This document shows, one piece after another, positions 1-10,126 of a DNA stretch of 64,000 nucleotides. Under the pieces are notes generated by a model. The model had not been told where the DNA came from, searched no databases, and was given only the letters and a program-made list of their open reading frames with translations. The position numbers and the translations under genes are program-made. Positions within the stretch are counted from its first letter, which is position 1; each line of letters starts with the position of its first letter. Location of the stretch: the IMG/VR virus record IMGVR_UViG_3300028800_000062, positions 82,743 to 146,742 of that record; one strand, written 5' to 3'. The stretch is from a virus.

Positions 1-10
1 GCATTGGGGG

Positions 11-628
11 GTGTCCACATTAGGTACCTCTTGCGGCAGTAACATGGTGGCCAGCCAGTCTAATCATCCGGGTATCTTCCAGATCGTGAGCGGCAGCACT
101 CCAGGTGATGGCTGTTCTTTAACCCTGTCGGACAACACCGAAGGTGCTCTTTATCCTTTCATCAACTTCGGGTCCGCCGCCGGACTGTCCTGGGAAATCC
201 AGGCCATAGTGCAGACTGACGTCAGTGGAGTAGGGAACGCGAAGTACTTGGTGGGTTTCAGTGATAGCCAATCAACCTACCACCCGGCCAGCGGTAATGA
301 CATTGCAATTCGGTATGACCATTCCGGCGGAGGGTGCGTTTCGAATGAAAGCACCACCACTTGGGTTTACGAAGTTAGTGTTGGCGGAACTAAGACGTGC
401 GTGAATAGCGGTGTTGCGATTGCTTCGAACACCTGGTATCACCTGCGCATATACTCCACCGCGCCAGGCACTATTCAGTTTCAGATCAACGGAGCGAACG
501 CTGGCAGCATTGCAACGGCTCCCACGGCTAACATGGCGCCCCAGTTCCTCACCACGAGTACAGGCGGCTCTCAGGAGTCATTGTTTGTGGACTGGTGGGC
601 CATGAAGATTCAAGGGTTGACTCGATGA
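11..628 (+). CDS. 5'-truncated beta-sandwich (ConA/LamG-like) domain protein
   Basis: Frame open from window start; NTWYHLRI...IQFQING motif; stop overlaps the next ATG (ATGA). Confidence 0.6.
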   Translation: MSTLGTSCGSNMVASQSNHPGIFQIVSGSTPGDGCSLTLSDNTEGALYPFINFGSAAGLSWEIQAIVQTDVSGVGNAKYLVGFSDSQSTYHPASGNDIAIRYDHSGGGCVSNESTTTWVYEVSVGGTKTCVNSGVAIASNTWYHLRIYSTAPGTIQFQINGANAGSIATAPTANMAPQFLTTSTGGSQESLFVDWWAMKIQGLTR

Positions 629-3600
629 AGATTCTCGTCCTACTCACGATTTGTGCTTGTTCCGGGTGGGCTGCCATCACCGGTTTTCAGGTGCAGGGTA
701 CCACGTCCACCCAGGTTCTGGTCTCTTATAAAGCGCCGGATGCCAATGCGTGCACGATTCAAGTTAGTCAGAGCGCGAGTCTGACGCCGCTGGCACTCGA
801 TGTGGACCCTGCCACGTTTGCGAATTCCAATCTCGATCTGAGCCGGCCTAGCACCGTGACTAGTGGAATGTCCAGAACGTTGCTGATCGGCCAACGCACG
901 GTGCAATATGCGACCGCTGGGACATACTCAGGTGTCCGGCACTTTTCCCGCGCACTCCAGGCTTATACGCCTTACTTCGGAATGATTACCTGTCCCTCCA
1001 CCGGGGATACGTACAACTTCACGTTTTCCACCGGCAACATTCCGCTGGGCATGTCCTACGGGGATCCGTTACCGGCCGATCCCGCCGATCCGGGAAATCA
1101 ACCCTGGCCGGAGGCGGTGGGAGGCTTGTCCCCGGAATCCTTCATCGACCCTTTTACCGGAACCTATCTCACGCGCCTGGGCCTGCGTTCGAATAACTTC
1201 GGGTATTGGGGCAGCTTTCCATTCGGATCAGCCTTTAATCAGGGTCAGTTTCCATGCGACAGCGCGGGGCCGTGGACCAACCCCTGCGGCACGATCGTGA
1301 CCGGAGGCGCCGGCAGCGTGACCGTACTCAATAGCCAGGCGCCCCTCATCATCCGGCCGCCGCTCGCCGGAGGCAATGCCTTCAATGGAGGGTATGGGTC
1401 CAACAATTACGGCAGCATGTGGACACTCGATCAGTTTGCGGTTTCTCTGACCGGGCTGGGCAGCTCGACCACTTCCGCATTCCGTGTCCTGGATGTCTGT
1501 CTGTCACTTAACGGCGGCGCTTCCTGCGCCAACTCCGCACAGCAGATCACCATGGGCCAGACCAGCAGCGTGCAGAAGGCCGGCCAGTACAACACCACGC
1601 AGTATGGAGTCATTCCCTGGTTGCTTGATACCAAGCCCAGACTGAACGTACAGGAGGCCTCGCCACACTCAGGAGCGGCTACCGTGAGCGGGAATACCGT
1701 CACCTGGGTTTCCGGCAACCTGTTCAGTCTTTATTGGGTGACGGGCGGTAATGGCACGGTCCGGCTATCGACTGTCTCAAGCAGCGACGCCTGCGCCACA
1801 CCTCCCAATACCACCAGTTCGACGGAATACACCATCCTGGGTATGCCCGATGGAAATCACCTGACGGTGTCCGGAACTCCTCCCGCGGGCAGTGTGTACT
1901 GGTGTGCTGACAATTTCGCTGTCATGGTGTGGCGCGATCAGGCGCCCTCCGACGGAAGCAGTATCACGCTCACGGCCGCTTCCATGGCCGCCATCGAGAG
2001 CACTTCTCCCACTTATCCGGATAACGGCGCGGACCACGCCTGCTTCAACAAGCTGGTGCAGGGTGGATACTTCTGCCTCTATGGCGGCCTTTACTGGATC
2101 AATCCTCAGACAGGTGCCTCTGCCTACTACGGTTACATGACGGCCCCGTCCAACAACCAGAGCGGGCAGGCGATCACTAATCCGTGGCATACCATAGGCA
2201 TCATCCCAGCCAGTGAGTCAGCCAACATCGATCAATCGCAGAATGTCCTGACGTTTTACACTACCGCGATCGATCCGACGAGTGCCACCGCACTGGTGAT
2301 TCAAGGGGTATTCAATCCCACGACGATCGCAACTCCGGCGGCGCCTTACGTCAACGGGAGTCAGATTGGCAGCGCCAATGTGATCGGAAGCACGGCCTAT
2401 TCCGTCACCTACAACAACGGTCTGACCTTTTCCAATCTCACGCCGCAGGTCAGTTTGAATCAAGGAATTGTGGCTCAGATGGCCACACTCGACCCGACCT
2501 TCAAGGTCTCCCAGATAGGGTCGCCGTGGAATTGTCAAGCCTACGGGTTCTCAGGATCCCTCTTCTATTTAGGATGCTACACGAGTTATGAAGATGGTCC
2601 TGGTTGGATTCTGGCCTTCTCTCCAGGGGACGGCAATCCAGCGCATGCCGGCCAAGCCGGAGGGCCTCAGATTGTAGGGGCGATCAGCACTTTCAACACG
2701 CCCAGCAATGCGCCGGTTACCCCCGGGTATGTGGGGATGTACGGCCATGGCCTGCACGCTGTGGTGGAAGCCGACAGTGGCTGGGTGCAGGTCAACACGC
2801 ACTTCCTGCAGCCGATCAACACCAGCAACAACACGTTGCCGGCAACCGGGGTGGATTGCTCTACCTACGGCCTGGCCAGCGGAAAGCAATGCACACTGCT
2901 GAACATCAACAGTTATACGCATGCTTCGGTGACCAGCTATGAGCCTTATTATGCATCGCCTTCCACTCCATTCACCGGAGCTCCCGGGGAAACCCGCACA
3001 GCACAGATCGGGGATACTGCCTGCGTGGCAGTCAGTACGTCGGGGAGCTGCAGCTATACCAGCTCTCAGGAATTGCTGACGCTGGTAGCGAAGAACTATC
3101 AGGGAGTGCAGGGCGCCTGGGTCTTTCAGCGCAACGGCTACGGTGTAGAGAAGGCGATCGCTACTGGGCCTATCACCCTCTGGTGGGCCGCGATCGCTGC
3201 GAACATGCCTCCCGGCAGCGCTGCGGCAGGATCTTTCAGTGTCTACTGGAACCCGGTGACGGGTTGCGCCGGCTCGCCCGATCCGCACGGCAATTGTATG
3301 ACGACCGATACCAATGAGACGGCCGGACACGGAGAATGGCGCAATGGCGGTGAAGCGGTGACTACCAACGTGCCGGACTGGTCGGTACCCATTATGGGTT
3401 GGGGCAGTGTATATCAAACCACTCTGGGAAATGTGCCCGGCATCCTCAGCTTGAACCCGACCAACGTGACACCTGATGTGACTCCCGGCATAAACTACGT
3501 GAACGACGAGCCTCCCTTTGCTGGAGTGTATGGTCATCCTTTCGGCTTCGACGCCGGCAGTCACCCGAATGCGCCGGGAAACCTGGCTCCAGCCAACGAG

Positions 3601-4587
3601 CAGATCCGCGCATTCGACAACGTCCCTCTACAGGGCGGCCAGAATGAACCGACCTGGGTGAGTATTTCCGGGCAACTCTATACCGCGGCGCCGGCATCCA
3701 ATCTGGACGCTGACGATCCTTTTGGTTACGGATCCATTATAGCCATGAACCGTAAATTGTATGCCCAGGGAGCCAGCTGTGGACCCCATCCGCTGACGGA
3801 TATAAGCGGACCGGCATCGAGTATTTCGACCTCTACTGCCAGCTCCTACACTTATTGCTTCGCGCGCACCGCGGGCGAATGTTATTCCGGTAGTTCGGTG
3901 GGTCAAGTCTATGTGAACTGCCCGGGAGTGACAGCAGTTACCTGTCAAGGTTCTGGGATTCACGGCGGGGCGCCCTTCGGGGCCGGTGCGGATATTTGCC
4001 TGGGCAATATCAACAATACGGCCAATGCGGTCCGTCAGTTCACATTGGACCGGACGGACATGGCCGGATTGCGCAGCCGCACCGTGGTTGCCGCCACGGC
4101 GCGCACCCGCATGGTGTACGGGTTCGAGAACAATGAGTTAGTGCCGGACAACTCCTGGCTGTTGTACCGCTCGGATTGGCTGGACTTTCAGCGCGCGGAG
4201 ATGTGGGCGGCTAAGCTGCCGCCGTATCCGCCTGTCGATTCGGTGACGCGCAATACCTTCGTGCCTGTGACGGTCAGCCTGAGACCGGCTGCCGGCCTGC
4301 AGGTCAACAACGCCATCGTCGAGTTTGGGTATCAGGAATATGGGAATACGCTGCTCAACTGTACTACGCGTAACGATATCTGCGTGTCCGCATCGAACGT
4401 CAGGATTTCCGGTACGCAACCGTTTTCCTTCATCTCTGAAAACCCGGCCGGGTTGGCCTGCGCCACCGGCTGCACTCTCGTGATTCCGGCCCTTTCGCAG
4501 AGAGTCCTGTATTACCGGGTCGTGTATCGTAGTCTAACTAACAGTGTGTTGTACACGGGTCCACTGACGTCAGTGGTGGTTCCGTAA
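625..4587 (+). CDS. Large secreted Cys-rich beta-rich protein with Fn3-like ends
   Basis: About 1320 aa; start at ATGA overlap gives signal peptide MKILVLLTICACSGWA. Confidence 0.8.
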   Translation: MKILVLLTICACSGWAAITGFQVQGTTSTQVLVSYKAPDANACTIQVSQSASLTPLALDVDPATFANSNLDLSRPSTVTSGMSRTLLIGQRTVQYATAGTYSGVRHFSRALQAYTPYFGMITCPSTGDTYNFTFSTGNIPLGMSYGDPLPADPADPGNQPWPEAVGGLSPESFIDPFTGTYLTRLGLRSNNFGYWGSFPFGSAFNQGQFPCDSAGPWTNPCGTIVTGGAGSVTVLNSQAPLIIRPPLAGGNAFNGGYGSNNYGSMWTLDQFAVSLTGLGSSTTSAFRVLDVCLSLNGGASCANSAQQITMGQTSSVQKAGQYNTTQYGVIPWLLDTKPRLNVQEASPHSGAATVSGNTVTWVSGNLFSLYWVTGGNGTVRLSTVSSSDACATPPNTTSSTEYTILGMPDGNHLTVSGTPPAGSVYWCADNFAVMVWRDQAPSDGSSITLTAASMAAIESTSPTYPDNGADHACFNKLVQGGYFCLYGGLYWINPQTGASAYYGYMTAPSNNQSGQAITNPWHTIGIIPASESANIDQSQNVLTFYTTAIDPTSATALVIQGVFNPTTIATPAAPYVNGSQIGSANVIGSTAYSVTYNNGLTFSNLTPQVSLNQGIVAQMATLDPTFKVSQIGSPWNCQAYGFSGSLFYLGCYTSYEDGPGWILAFSPGDGNPAHAGQAGGPQIVGAISTFNTPSNAPVTPGYVGMYGHGLHAVVEADSGWVQVNTHFLQPINTSNNTLPATGVDCSTYGLASGKQCTLLNINSYTHASVTSYEPYYASPSTPFTGAPGETRTAQIGDTACVAVSTSGSCSYTSSQELLTLVAKNYQGVQGAWVFQRNGYGVEKAIATGPITLWWAAIAANMPPGSAAAGSFSVYWNPVTGCAGSPDPHGNCMTTDTNETAGHGEWRNGGEAVTTNVPDWSVPIMGWGSVYQTTLGNVPGILSLNPTNVTPDVTPGINYVNDEPPFAGVYGHPFGFDAGSHPNAPGNLAPANEQIRAFDNVPLQGGQNEPTWVSISGQLYTAAPASNLDADDPFGYGSIIAMNRKLYAQGASCGPHPLTDISGPASSISTSTASSYTYCFARTAGECYSGSSVGQVYVNCPGVTAVTCQGSGIHGGAPFGAGADICLGNINNTANAVRQFTLDRTDMAGLRSRTVVAATARTRMVYGFENNELVPDNSWLLYRSDWLDFQRAEMWAAKLPPYPPVDSVTRNTFVPVTVSLRPAAGLQVNNAIVEFGYQEYGNTLLNCTTRNDICVSASNVRISGTQPFSFISENPAGLACATGCTLVIPALSQRVLYYRVVYRSLTNSVLYTGPLTSVVVP
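4534..4550 (+). promoter_or_regulatory. 17-bp operator-like motif CTAACTAACAGTGTGTT (copy 1)
   Basis: Identical to the reverse complement of 52726-52742; lies just upstream of the 4604 gene. Confidence 0.65.
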
Positions 4588-4603
4588 TAGGACTGAGATC
4601 TCT

Positions 4604-6307
4604 ATGATTACCAAAAGGTTGATTGCTTTCGTGCTGCTGGCTGGCGGGTTGTTCGGCCAACAGCCGATCAAGAGAAACATGATCTGCGTGGCGGCCAGCG
4701 GGTCGGGCACTGCTTATGCCTGTAACATCGCATCGGCTCCTTCTGCGTATACCCTGAGTGAACGTTATCTGTTCAAAGCGGATGTGGCCAACACCGGCGC
4801 TGCGACTATTTCCTTCAACGGTATTGGCGCAGTACCGATCGTGAAGCTGGTGGGTGGGGTCGCCACCAATCTGGCCGCCGGGGATATCCAACTCGGCGAA
4901 TGGGTTAGTGTGATCTATGACAACACCGGCAGTCCGGTAATGCAGAAGCAGTCCATTCCGCAGGTTGTCGCGGACTGGAATGCCGCTTCCGGGCTGGCGC
5001 AAATCCTCAACAAGCCTACTATCCCAACCGGCGCTCCCAGCACCTGGCCCAGCTTCGCTGGTGTGGCAACATCCGGTAGCTACTCCGACTTGTCGAACAA
5101 GCCGACTGTGCCTGCAGCAGCGAGCACCACACCTGTAATGAATGGAACCGCAGCGATTGGATCCGCGGCAACCTACGCGAAAGCCGATCACGTTCACCCT
5201 ACTGATACTTCCAGGCAGGCCACCATCACCGGAGCTCCCGGGACCTGGCCTAGTGCCTTTGCACCGGTTGCTCCCACGGTATCGACGCTGGGCGGAATCA
5301 ACGCAAAGGATTGTTCCGTAGGTGGCCAGGTCATGCAGAAAGTCAACACGGATGGCAGTGTGACCTGTGTCAACCAAACTGGCGGAGGAATGGCCGACCC
5401 TGGTTCAAACGGCCTGTTGAAGCGCACGGGCATCAACACTACAGCAGTCGCTATAGACGGACTGGGTGGCGATTACGTGTCGGCCGCCTCGGTCAATAAC
5501 GGCACTTTGCCCATGAGCATTCTGAGCCTGCTGGTGGCCAATGGCATCACTGCCACCGGTAACATTTACGCCAACAGCACCAGTCTCGTAGCAGGTTGTG
5601 TGGTGCTCTCCGATTCCAACGCGGTGCACGATATGGGACTGTGCGCCCCGAGTTCCGGATATTCAGGTTTCCTGAATCTTCCCACCGCCGCCGGCACTCT
5701 CAATCAGTTTCTGCTCAGTGACGGGAACGGGGGGCTCGTGTTCTCAGGCACGGCTCCGGCGGGAGCTGTAGTAGGTACCACGGACGCCCAGAACCTGAGC
5801 AATAAGGTCATCGATGGAGTGTCTGCGACCACGATGGCGTTCATGGATGCGACGTCTTCCATCCAGACCCAGTTGAATACCAAGTTCGCTACGGCGAATG
5901 CCGCCGCGGCTGCCACTCTAGGAGTTCCGATACCGCTAGGCTGTTCGGGATCGTCCACCGCTAATACAACCGGGGGTGTCACTTACCTCTGGCCCTCCGG
6001 AGGTACTTATAGCTGTGCTAGCGGCACAGCGCCTGTAGGCATCATGGGTATCCCGATGCCCTACAACTGCACAGTCAAGTCGATGTATGTCAAAGTCAGC
6101 GCAGCCCCTGCCACAGGCAGCGATGCGGTAACGTTGTACCACAACGGCACAGCGAGCGCAGTGACTTGTTCTATAGGCCCGGGTCTCTCTTGTAATGACA
6201 CGGCGCACAGCAGCGTGTTTTCCGCAGGTGACACTCTGGCGGTCGGTGTGGCTGTGCAGGCGTCGGATGCCATTGCAAATATCCGAGTTGGGGTTTCCTG
6301 CCAATGA
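4604..6307 (+). CDS. Tail-fibre-like protein with signal peptide
   Basis: Phage fibre motifs NTGAATISFNGIGAVPI, ADWNAASGLAQILNKP, ATSGSYSDLSNKP, AKADHVHP; N-terminus MITKRLIAFVLLAGGLFG|Q. Confidence 0.75.
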   Translation: MITKRLIAFVLLAGGLFGQQPIKRNMICVAASGSGTAYACNIASAPSAYTLSERYLFKADVANTGAATISFNGIGAVPIVKLVGGVATNLAAGDIQLGEWVSVIYDNTGSPVMQKQSIPQVVADWNAASGLAQILNKPTIPTGAPSTWPSFAGVATSGSYSDLSNKPTVPAAASTTPVMNGTAAIGSAATYAKADHVHPTDTSRQATITGAPGTWPSAFAPVAPTVSTLGGINAKDCSVGGQVMQKVNTDGSVTCVNQTGGGMADPGSNGLLKRTGINTTAVAIDGLGGDYVSAASVNNGTLPMSILSLLVANGITATGNIYANSTSLVAGCVVLSDSNAVHDMGLCAPSSGYSGFLNLPTAAGTLNQFLLSDGNGGLVFSGTAPAGAVVGTTDAQNLSNKVIDGVSATTMAFMDATSSIQTQLNTKFATANAAAAATLGVPIPLGCSGSSTANTTGGVTYLWPSGGTYSCASGTAPVGIMGIPMPYNCTVKSMYVKVSAAPATGSDAVTLYHNGTASAVTCSIGPGLSCNDTAHSSVFSAGDTLAVGVAVQASDAIANIRVGVSCQ

Positions 6308-7935
6308 GACGTCTCCTGTGGTTAGTCTTGCTGGTCGCGCCAGTCTTCGCGCAGACTTGCAATATTCTGACACCGAGCAACTGTAAGGACACTGGTTCGC
6401 CGGTTGGTTTTACCGGCAACCAGGCCTGCTCGGCGACGGACTTACTGCCTGGCGGAGCTTGCCAGAACGGCCTGTATGCCCAGTCTCCCACACTGAAGTC
6501 CTTCGTGACCGGTTTGTCTACTTCTTTGCCGGCATTGACGAGTTGGGCCGCGGCACAGCCGGCCAAGCCGCCAATCTATTTCTCAGGCGAACTGGTGCCG
6601 CTGTCCATGAATTACGTCAACCTGGATTCGCACTCCTGCGGAGGTTCCGGGGTGACCAAGTCCCTCAGTCCCTGCCCCTGGAACAATTACCTGAATGCCA
6701 ACGCCTGGACGGATAAGCTGGTCAACGCACCACCATCCGGTGTGGGCTTGAACTCGCTGGATATCAATATCTGGACCAGCCCTCTGTTTACCTCGTCAAC
6801 CTACGCGGCCGCCTGCACGAGTTATATCGCTGCAGGTGGCGGCAACATCTGTTCTTCGATCGTGGCCAGCGTGACGGCCAACAGTCCGCAGGGTGCCTGT
6901 ACGCAATGCACCGCCTCCAATATCGCCTGGTGGGCGCGCGGACTGACCACCTACCAGAATGCGATCGCGCATATCAAGGCTAAGGCAGGTGTGCGGCTCC
7001 GGCTGGCACCAATGATCAATGGCGATACGCTGCTGGCCTGCAACATGAATCAGGGAGTTGGCAACTGGACCGCTCAACAGTTGCAGGATTGTATGATTCC
7101 CGCCGAAATCGCCATGGCAGCCTTGTGGAGTGTGGATGATCTTTCCATCTGGCACGAACCTTGTGGCGTGGCCAAGCTGGTAATGAACGGCGGGACAGGT
7201 GGTTGTGTGCCGGCTGTTAGCGACCTGCACGCTATGATCACGATGGCTATCCCGCTACTGAATGCCGCTTCCATCAACCCCAATATTCAGTTGGGTGCAG
7301 GTGTGACCGCGGGTGATATCGGAGGCATTCCGTATAATGCCAGCAATTCCGGCAACTACTGGTCGGACTGGTTCACGATCCCTGGATTGAACTTCCAAGG
7401 TATCGACGCTTATCCTATTTCTAGTCAGCCGAGCAGCAACTACTTCACTTATACGATCAACGTCTTCACCATGATGACCCAGGACGCAATCGCGCATGGC
7501 AAGAAAGTATGGGACAGCGAGTCGGCGCCGCCGAGATGGGAAACCACAAATGCGTCGATCGGTGCCGGTGAAAGCTCCGCTTACCTGGGGTGCGGCGATC
7601 AGGAGTGGTATAACGACGGAACCGGGCCGGCCTGGCTGCTCGCCTATACGTCTTATGGGCGGGCCGTAGGGCTAACCGGCTTCAGTCTGTTCGGTACGGA
7701 GATGTGGCTCGTCCAATCGACGGATCCAAACAATAACCACTGCAGTTCGAGCGGGGATGGAACTCCGGGGCAATTCGACCAGTGGGCTCTCAATGCAGCG
7801 ATCACCAATGCTCCGCTCTCCCCTTTGGGAACAGTGATGGGTCAAATCACATCGGATAATTCCACGGATACGGTGCCGGGAGTCTCTTTGACAGGTAGGG
7901 CACGGCTGACCGGCCGCGCGAGATTAGGACGGTAA
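6304..7935 (+). CDS. Secreted putative clan-A glycoside hydrolase / depolymerase
   Basis: Signal peptide MRRLLWLVLLVAPVFA|Q; WHEP, FQGIDAYP and GKKVWDSE motifs in TIM-barrel order. Confidence 0.5.
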   Translation: MRRLLWLVLLVAPVFAQTCNILTPSNCKDTGSPVGFTGNQACSATDLLPGGACQNGLYAQSPTLKSFVTGLSTSLPALTSWAAAQPAKPPIYFSGELVPLSMNYVNLDSHSCGGSGVTKSLSPCPWNNYLNANAWTDKLVNAPPSGVGLNSLDINIWTSPLFTSSTYAAACTSYIAAGGGNICSSIVASVTANSPQGACTQCTASNIAWWARGLTTYQNAIAHIKAKAGVRLRLAPMINGDTLLACNMNQGVGNWTAQQLQDCMIPAEIAMAALWSVDDLSIWHEPCGVAKLVMNGGTGGCVPAVSDLHAMITMAIPLLNAASINPNIQLGAGVTAGDIGGIPYNASNSGNYWSDWFTIPGLNFQGIDAYPISSQPSSNYFTYTINVFTMMTQDAIAHGKKVWDSESAPPRWETTNASIGAGESSAYLGCGDQEWYNDGTGPAWLLAYTSYGRAVGLTGFSLFGTEMWLVQSTDPNNNHCSSSGDGTPGQFDQWALNAAITNAPLSPLGTVMGQITSDNSTDTVPGVSLTGRARLTGRARLGR

Positions 7936-7947
7936 GCGAGGATCCCT

Positions 7948-8193
7948 ATGTTTCAGTCTTTTAGCGATGTACAAACGGCTGTGGATGCACTGACTGCGCG
8001 GGTCAATGCTCTCGATGGGCAGAATCTCCCGAATCCGTCCACAGCCGCCATCAATGTGTTGCAGGCTAATGTTGCCGGCGCTCAGGAGACCATCAATCAG
8101 CTGGTGCTCACCCTGGATTCCCAATTACAGGACCTGCAGACCACAGTCAATAACCTGCAACTGGCGGTGAACCGGCTCAACGGCATATCATGA
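7948..8193 (+). CDS. Small coiled-coil protein
   Basis: Heptad pattern; GAGG SD. Confidence 0.7.
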   Translation: MFQSFSDVQTAVDALTARVNALDGQNLPNPSTAAINVLQANVAGAQETINQLVLTLDSQLQDLQTTVNNLQLAVNRLNGIS

Positions 8194-8369
8194 TTCTGAA
8201 TCTGACTGAATCGGAGATCGAGGTGTTGTGGTGGGCGGTTGGAAACAGCCGCCGCGTCCTGCATCCGGATCCGGCCACTAATGTGACCTGTCAATGTTCT
8301 TGTTGTACGGCTTTTCGCAGAGTGGATGAGCGCTTCCGGGACGTGGTCGCCAACCGGCACCGCGTCTAA
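8190..8369 (+). CDS. 59-aa hypothetical protein (not in ORF track)
   Basis: ATGA overlap with previous stop; MILNLTESEIEVLWWAVG...CQCSCC...; fills the gap to the convergent gene. Confidence 0.5.
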   Translation: MILNLTESEIEVLWWAVGNSRRVLHPDPATNVTCQCSCCTAFRRVDERFRDVVANRHRV

Positions 8370-9085
8370 CGGAAGGCTCCCGCGGCGGCGGCGCCGGTGA
8401 GCATGCCGGCCGCGGTCGGGGCAATGGCGCCGGTGATGGATAACGGGATCCGAAGCCAGTTGGGAAGAGGCTTGGTAGCGATCGCCAGGTTCGTCATCAT
8501 GTGTTCCGTAGCCTGGCTGGCCTTGGCGCTGGCATCCGTGGTAATGGCCACGTTGTGACCGATGTCCTTCCAGGTGACTAGCATACTTGGCAGTGCGCGC
8601 TGAAAGTCCCGGCTGGATTCGGCCAGCTCGCCGGCGGTGACTTTTGAGGCCGCCACCAGTCCCAGCAGCTGCGGATGCAGATCCTTGATGGTCTTATCCG
8701 TATCAAGCACCGTCTGATCCAGGTGCGCGGTGATCGCTCCGGCGTTCTGGAGTACCGGCTGCAGATCGGTGCGCAGCCCATGCACTTCGCCTACCGCAGT
8801 ATCCACACGTTCGAGACCTTCCTGAATACTGACATGCGCGGTATCCACACCGTGGCGGATCTCAGTCTGGGACGCGAAACGCAGATCCGTGAGCTGCCCG
8901 TGCACTTCCTTCAGTAATTCTCCGCGTGTACGATCGAGCTGTGCATTGATCAAGGACCGGGTCTTGTCCGATTCCCTCTGGGCCACGCCGAACTGAGCTT
9001 TGACCAGCGCGCGGGCGTCCAGGAGCAGCAGGCACAGACAGATGGTAACGGCGACAGCGCAGCCGGCGTAGATGTATTTACCCAT
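8366..9085 (-). CDS. Membrane-anchored coiled-coil protein (possibly spanin-like)
   Basis: N-terminal TM, long helical region, hydrophobic C-terminus. Confidence 0.65.
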   Translation of the reverse strand: MGKYIYAGCAVAVTICLCLLLLDARALVKAQFGVAQRESDKTRSLINAQLDRTRGELLKEVHGQLTDLRFASQTEIRHGVDTAHVSIQEGLERVDTAVGEVHGLRTDLQPVLQNAGAITAHLDQTVLDTDKTIKDLHPQLLGLVAASKVTAGELAESSRDFQRALPSMLVTWKDIGHNVAITTDASAKASQATEHMMTNLAIATKPLPNWLRIPLSITGAIAPTAAGMLTGAAAAGAFR

Positions 9086-9668
9086 GGAGAAAAGCTCCTT
9101 CTTTGCCTAGATATTGGCGAGCGTTCAGCAGGCTGCGCGACATTTCCTGCGCGGCGGCCTGGCGCATCGTCCAGGCGGGCTCGCTATCCACGTAATCGCC
9201 TCCGGTCTGCAGCCTGGTCATGTTCCGGCCGGCGTCGGCGGCATACTGCATCGCTTTGCCAACAGAGGCCTGCAACATCGGATCGAGAACAAAGCCTCCC
9301 ACCAGGCCTCCCAGGCCGCCTCCTAAAGCCGTGCCGATGGCCATACCGAGGAAGGGCGTGGCGCCGGCAGCAAATGCGGACAGTTTGTGGCGATGGGGTG
9401 CTTGTGCCGCGCTGAATAGCGCGATCGGTAAACCGAAAGTGAGATAACCGCCCAGCAGGGAACCGCCCGCTAATTTGCCAGCGTCGTTCAGGTGCGGTCC
9501 AGCTTCCTTGATACCTGCCCAAGCCGTGGCTCCGCGCTTTCCCCGCTCGGCAAACATGGCGGGGATGATTCCCTGCCGGGAAACCAGGTTTCCCCAGTTG
9601 CCGGGCCACAGCATCCGGGCCATGTCATCGACTTGCCCGCCTACTATCGGAACTCCGAATATGTTCAT
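9078..9668 (-). CDS. Glycine-zipper phage protein, possibly virion-internal
   Basis: GTALGGGLGGLVGG; C-terminal TMRQAAAQEMSRSLLNARQYLGKE. Confidence 0.6.
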   Translation of the reverse strand: MNIFGVPIVGGQVDDMARMLWPGNWGNLVSRQGIIPAMFAERGKRGATAWAGIKEAGPHLNDAGKLAGGSLLGGYLTFGLPIALFSAAQAPHRHKLSAFAAGATPFLGMAIGTALGGGLGGLVGGFVLDPMLQASVGKAMQYAADAGRNMTRLQTGGDYVDSEPAWTMRQAAAQEMSRSLLNARQYLGKEGAFLHG

Positions 9669-10126
9669 CAGGCAGCCTTGGCGTATCCCATCAGGCGGTC
9701 TTTGGCGCCCTTCGGGTCTTTAACGATCTGGTGTTCCCAGAGAAGCATCAGGTGGTAACCGGCGTTGGTCAGGAAAGTAAACCGTCGCGCATCCCGCCGG
9801 CGCCAGCGCAATTGTTGCTTGGTCAGACTCGAAGTTGGGTTACATACCGGGCAGCTGTGCCAATAACAGCCCTGGACTTCCAGTACGGTTTGTGGCGGCA
9901 GGAAGAAGTCCACGTGCGTCCTGGAGATGGCATGCTCCGACTTATAGGGGATGCCCAGTTCCAGCAGCCAGCCTTCGACGATCGCCTCGATTCCGGATTG
10001 CTTGTGTACCTTGCGCTGAATTGTGTGCCAGGAGTGTCCCCGGCGGGCTTTGGCCTTAGCCGAGACCACCAGGCGCAGCTTGCGTTTGCGCGCGGGAGGT
10101 TTAGTCCCTTTGCACTTCCGGGCCAT
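9668..10126 (-). CDS. Vsr/DUF559-like endonuclease
   Basis: VDFFL...LEVQGCYWHSC...RDARR...GYHLMLLWEHQI. Confidence 0.8.
   Translation of the reverse strand: MARKCKGTKPPARKRKLRLVVSAKAKARRGHSWHTIQRKVHKQSGIEAIVEGWLLELGIPYKSEHAISRTHVDFFLPPQTVLEVQGCYWHSCPVCNPTSSLTKQQLRWRRRDARRFTFLTNAGYHLMLLWEHQIVKDPKGAKDRLMGYAKAA

Noticed and set aside
4534-4550. CTAAC motif as a spliceosomal branch point
   Set aside because: Prokaryotic/phage context; the motif is palindromic and promoter-linked
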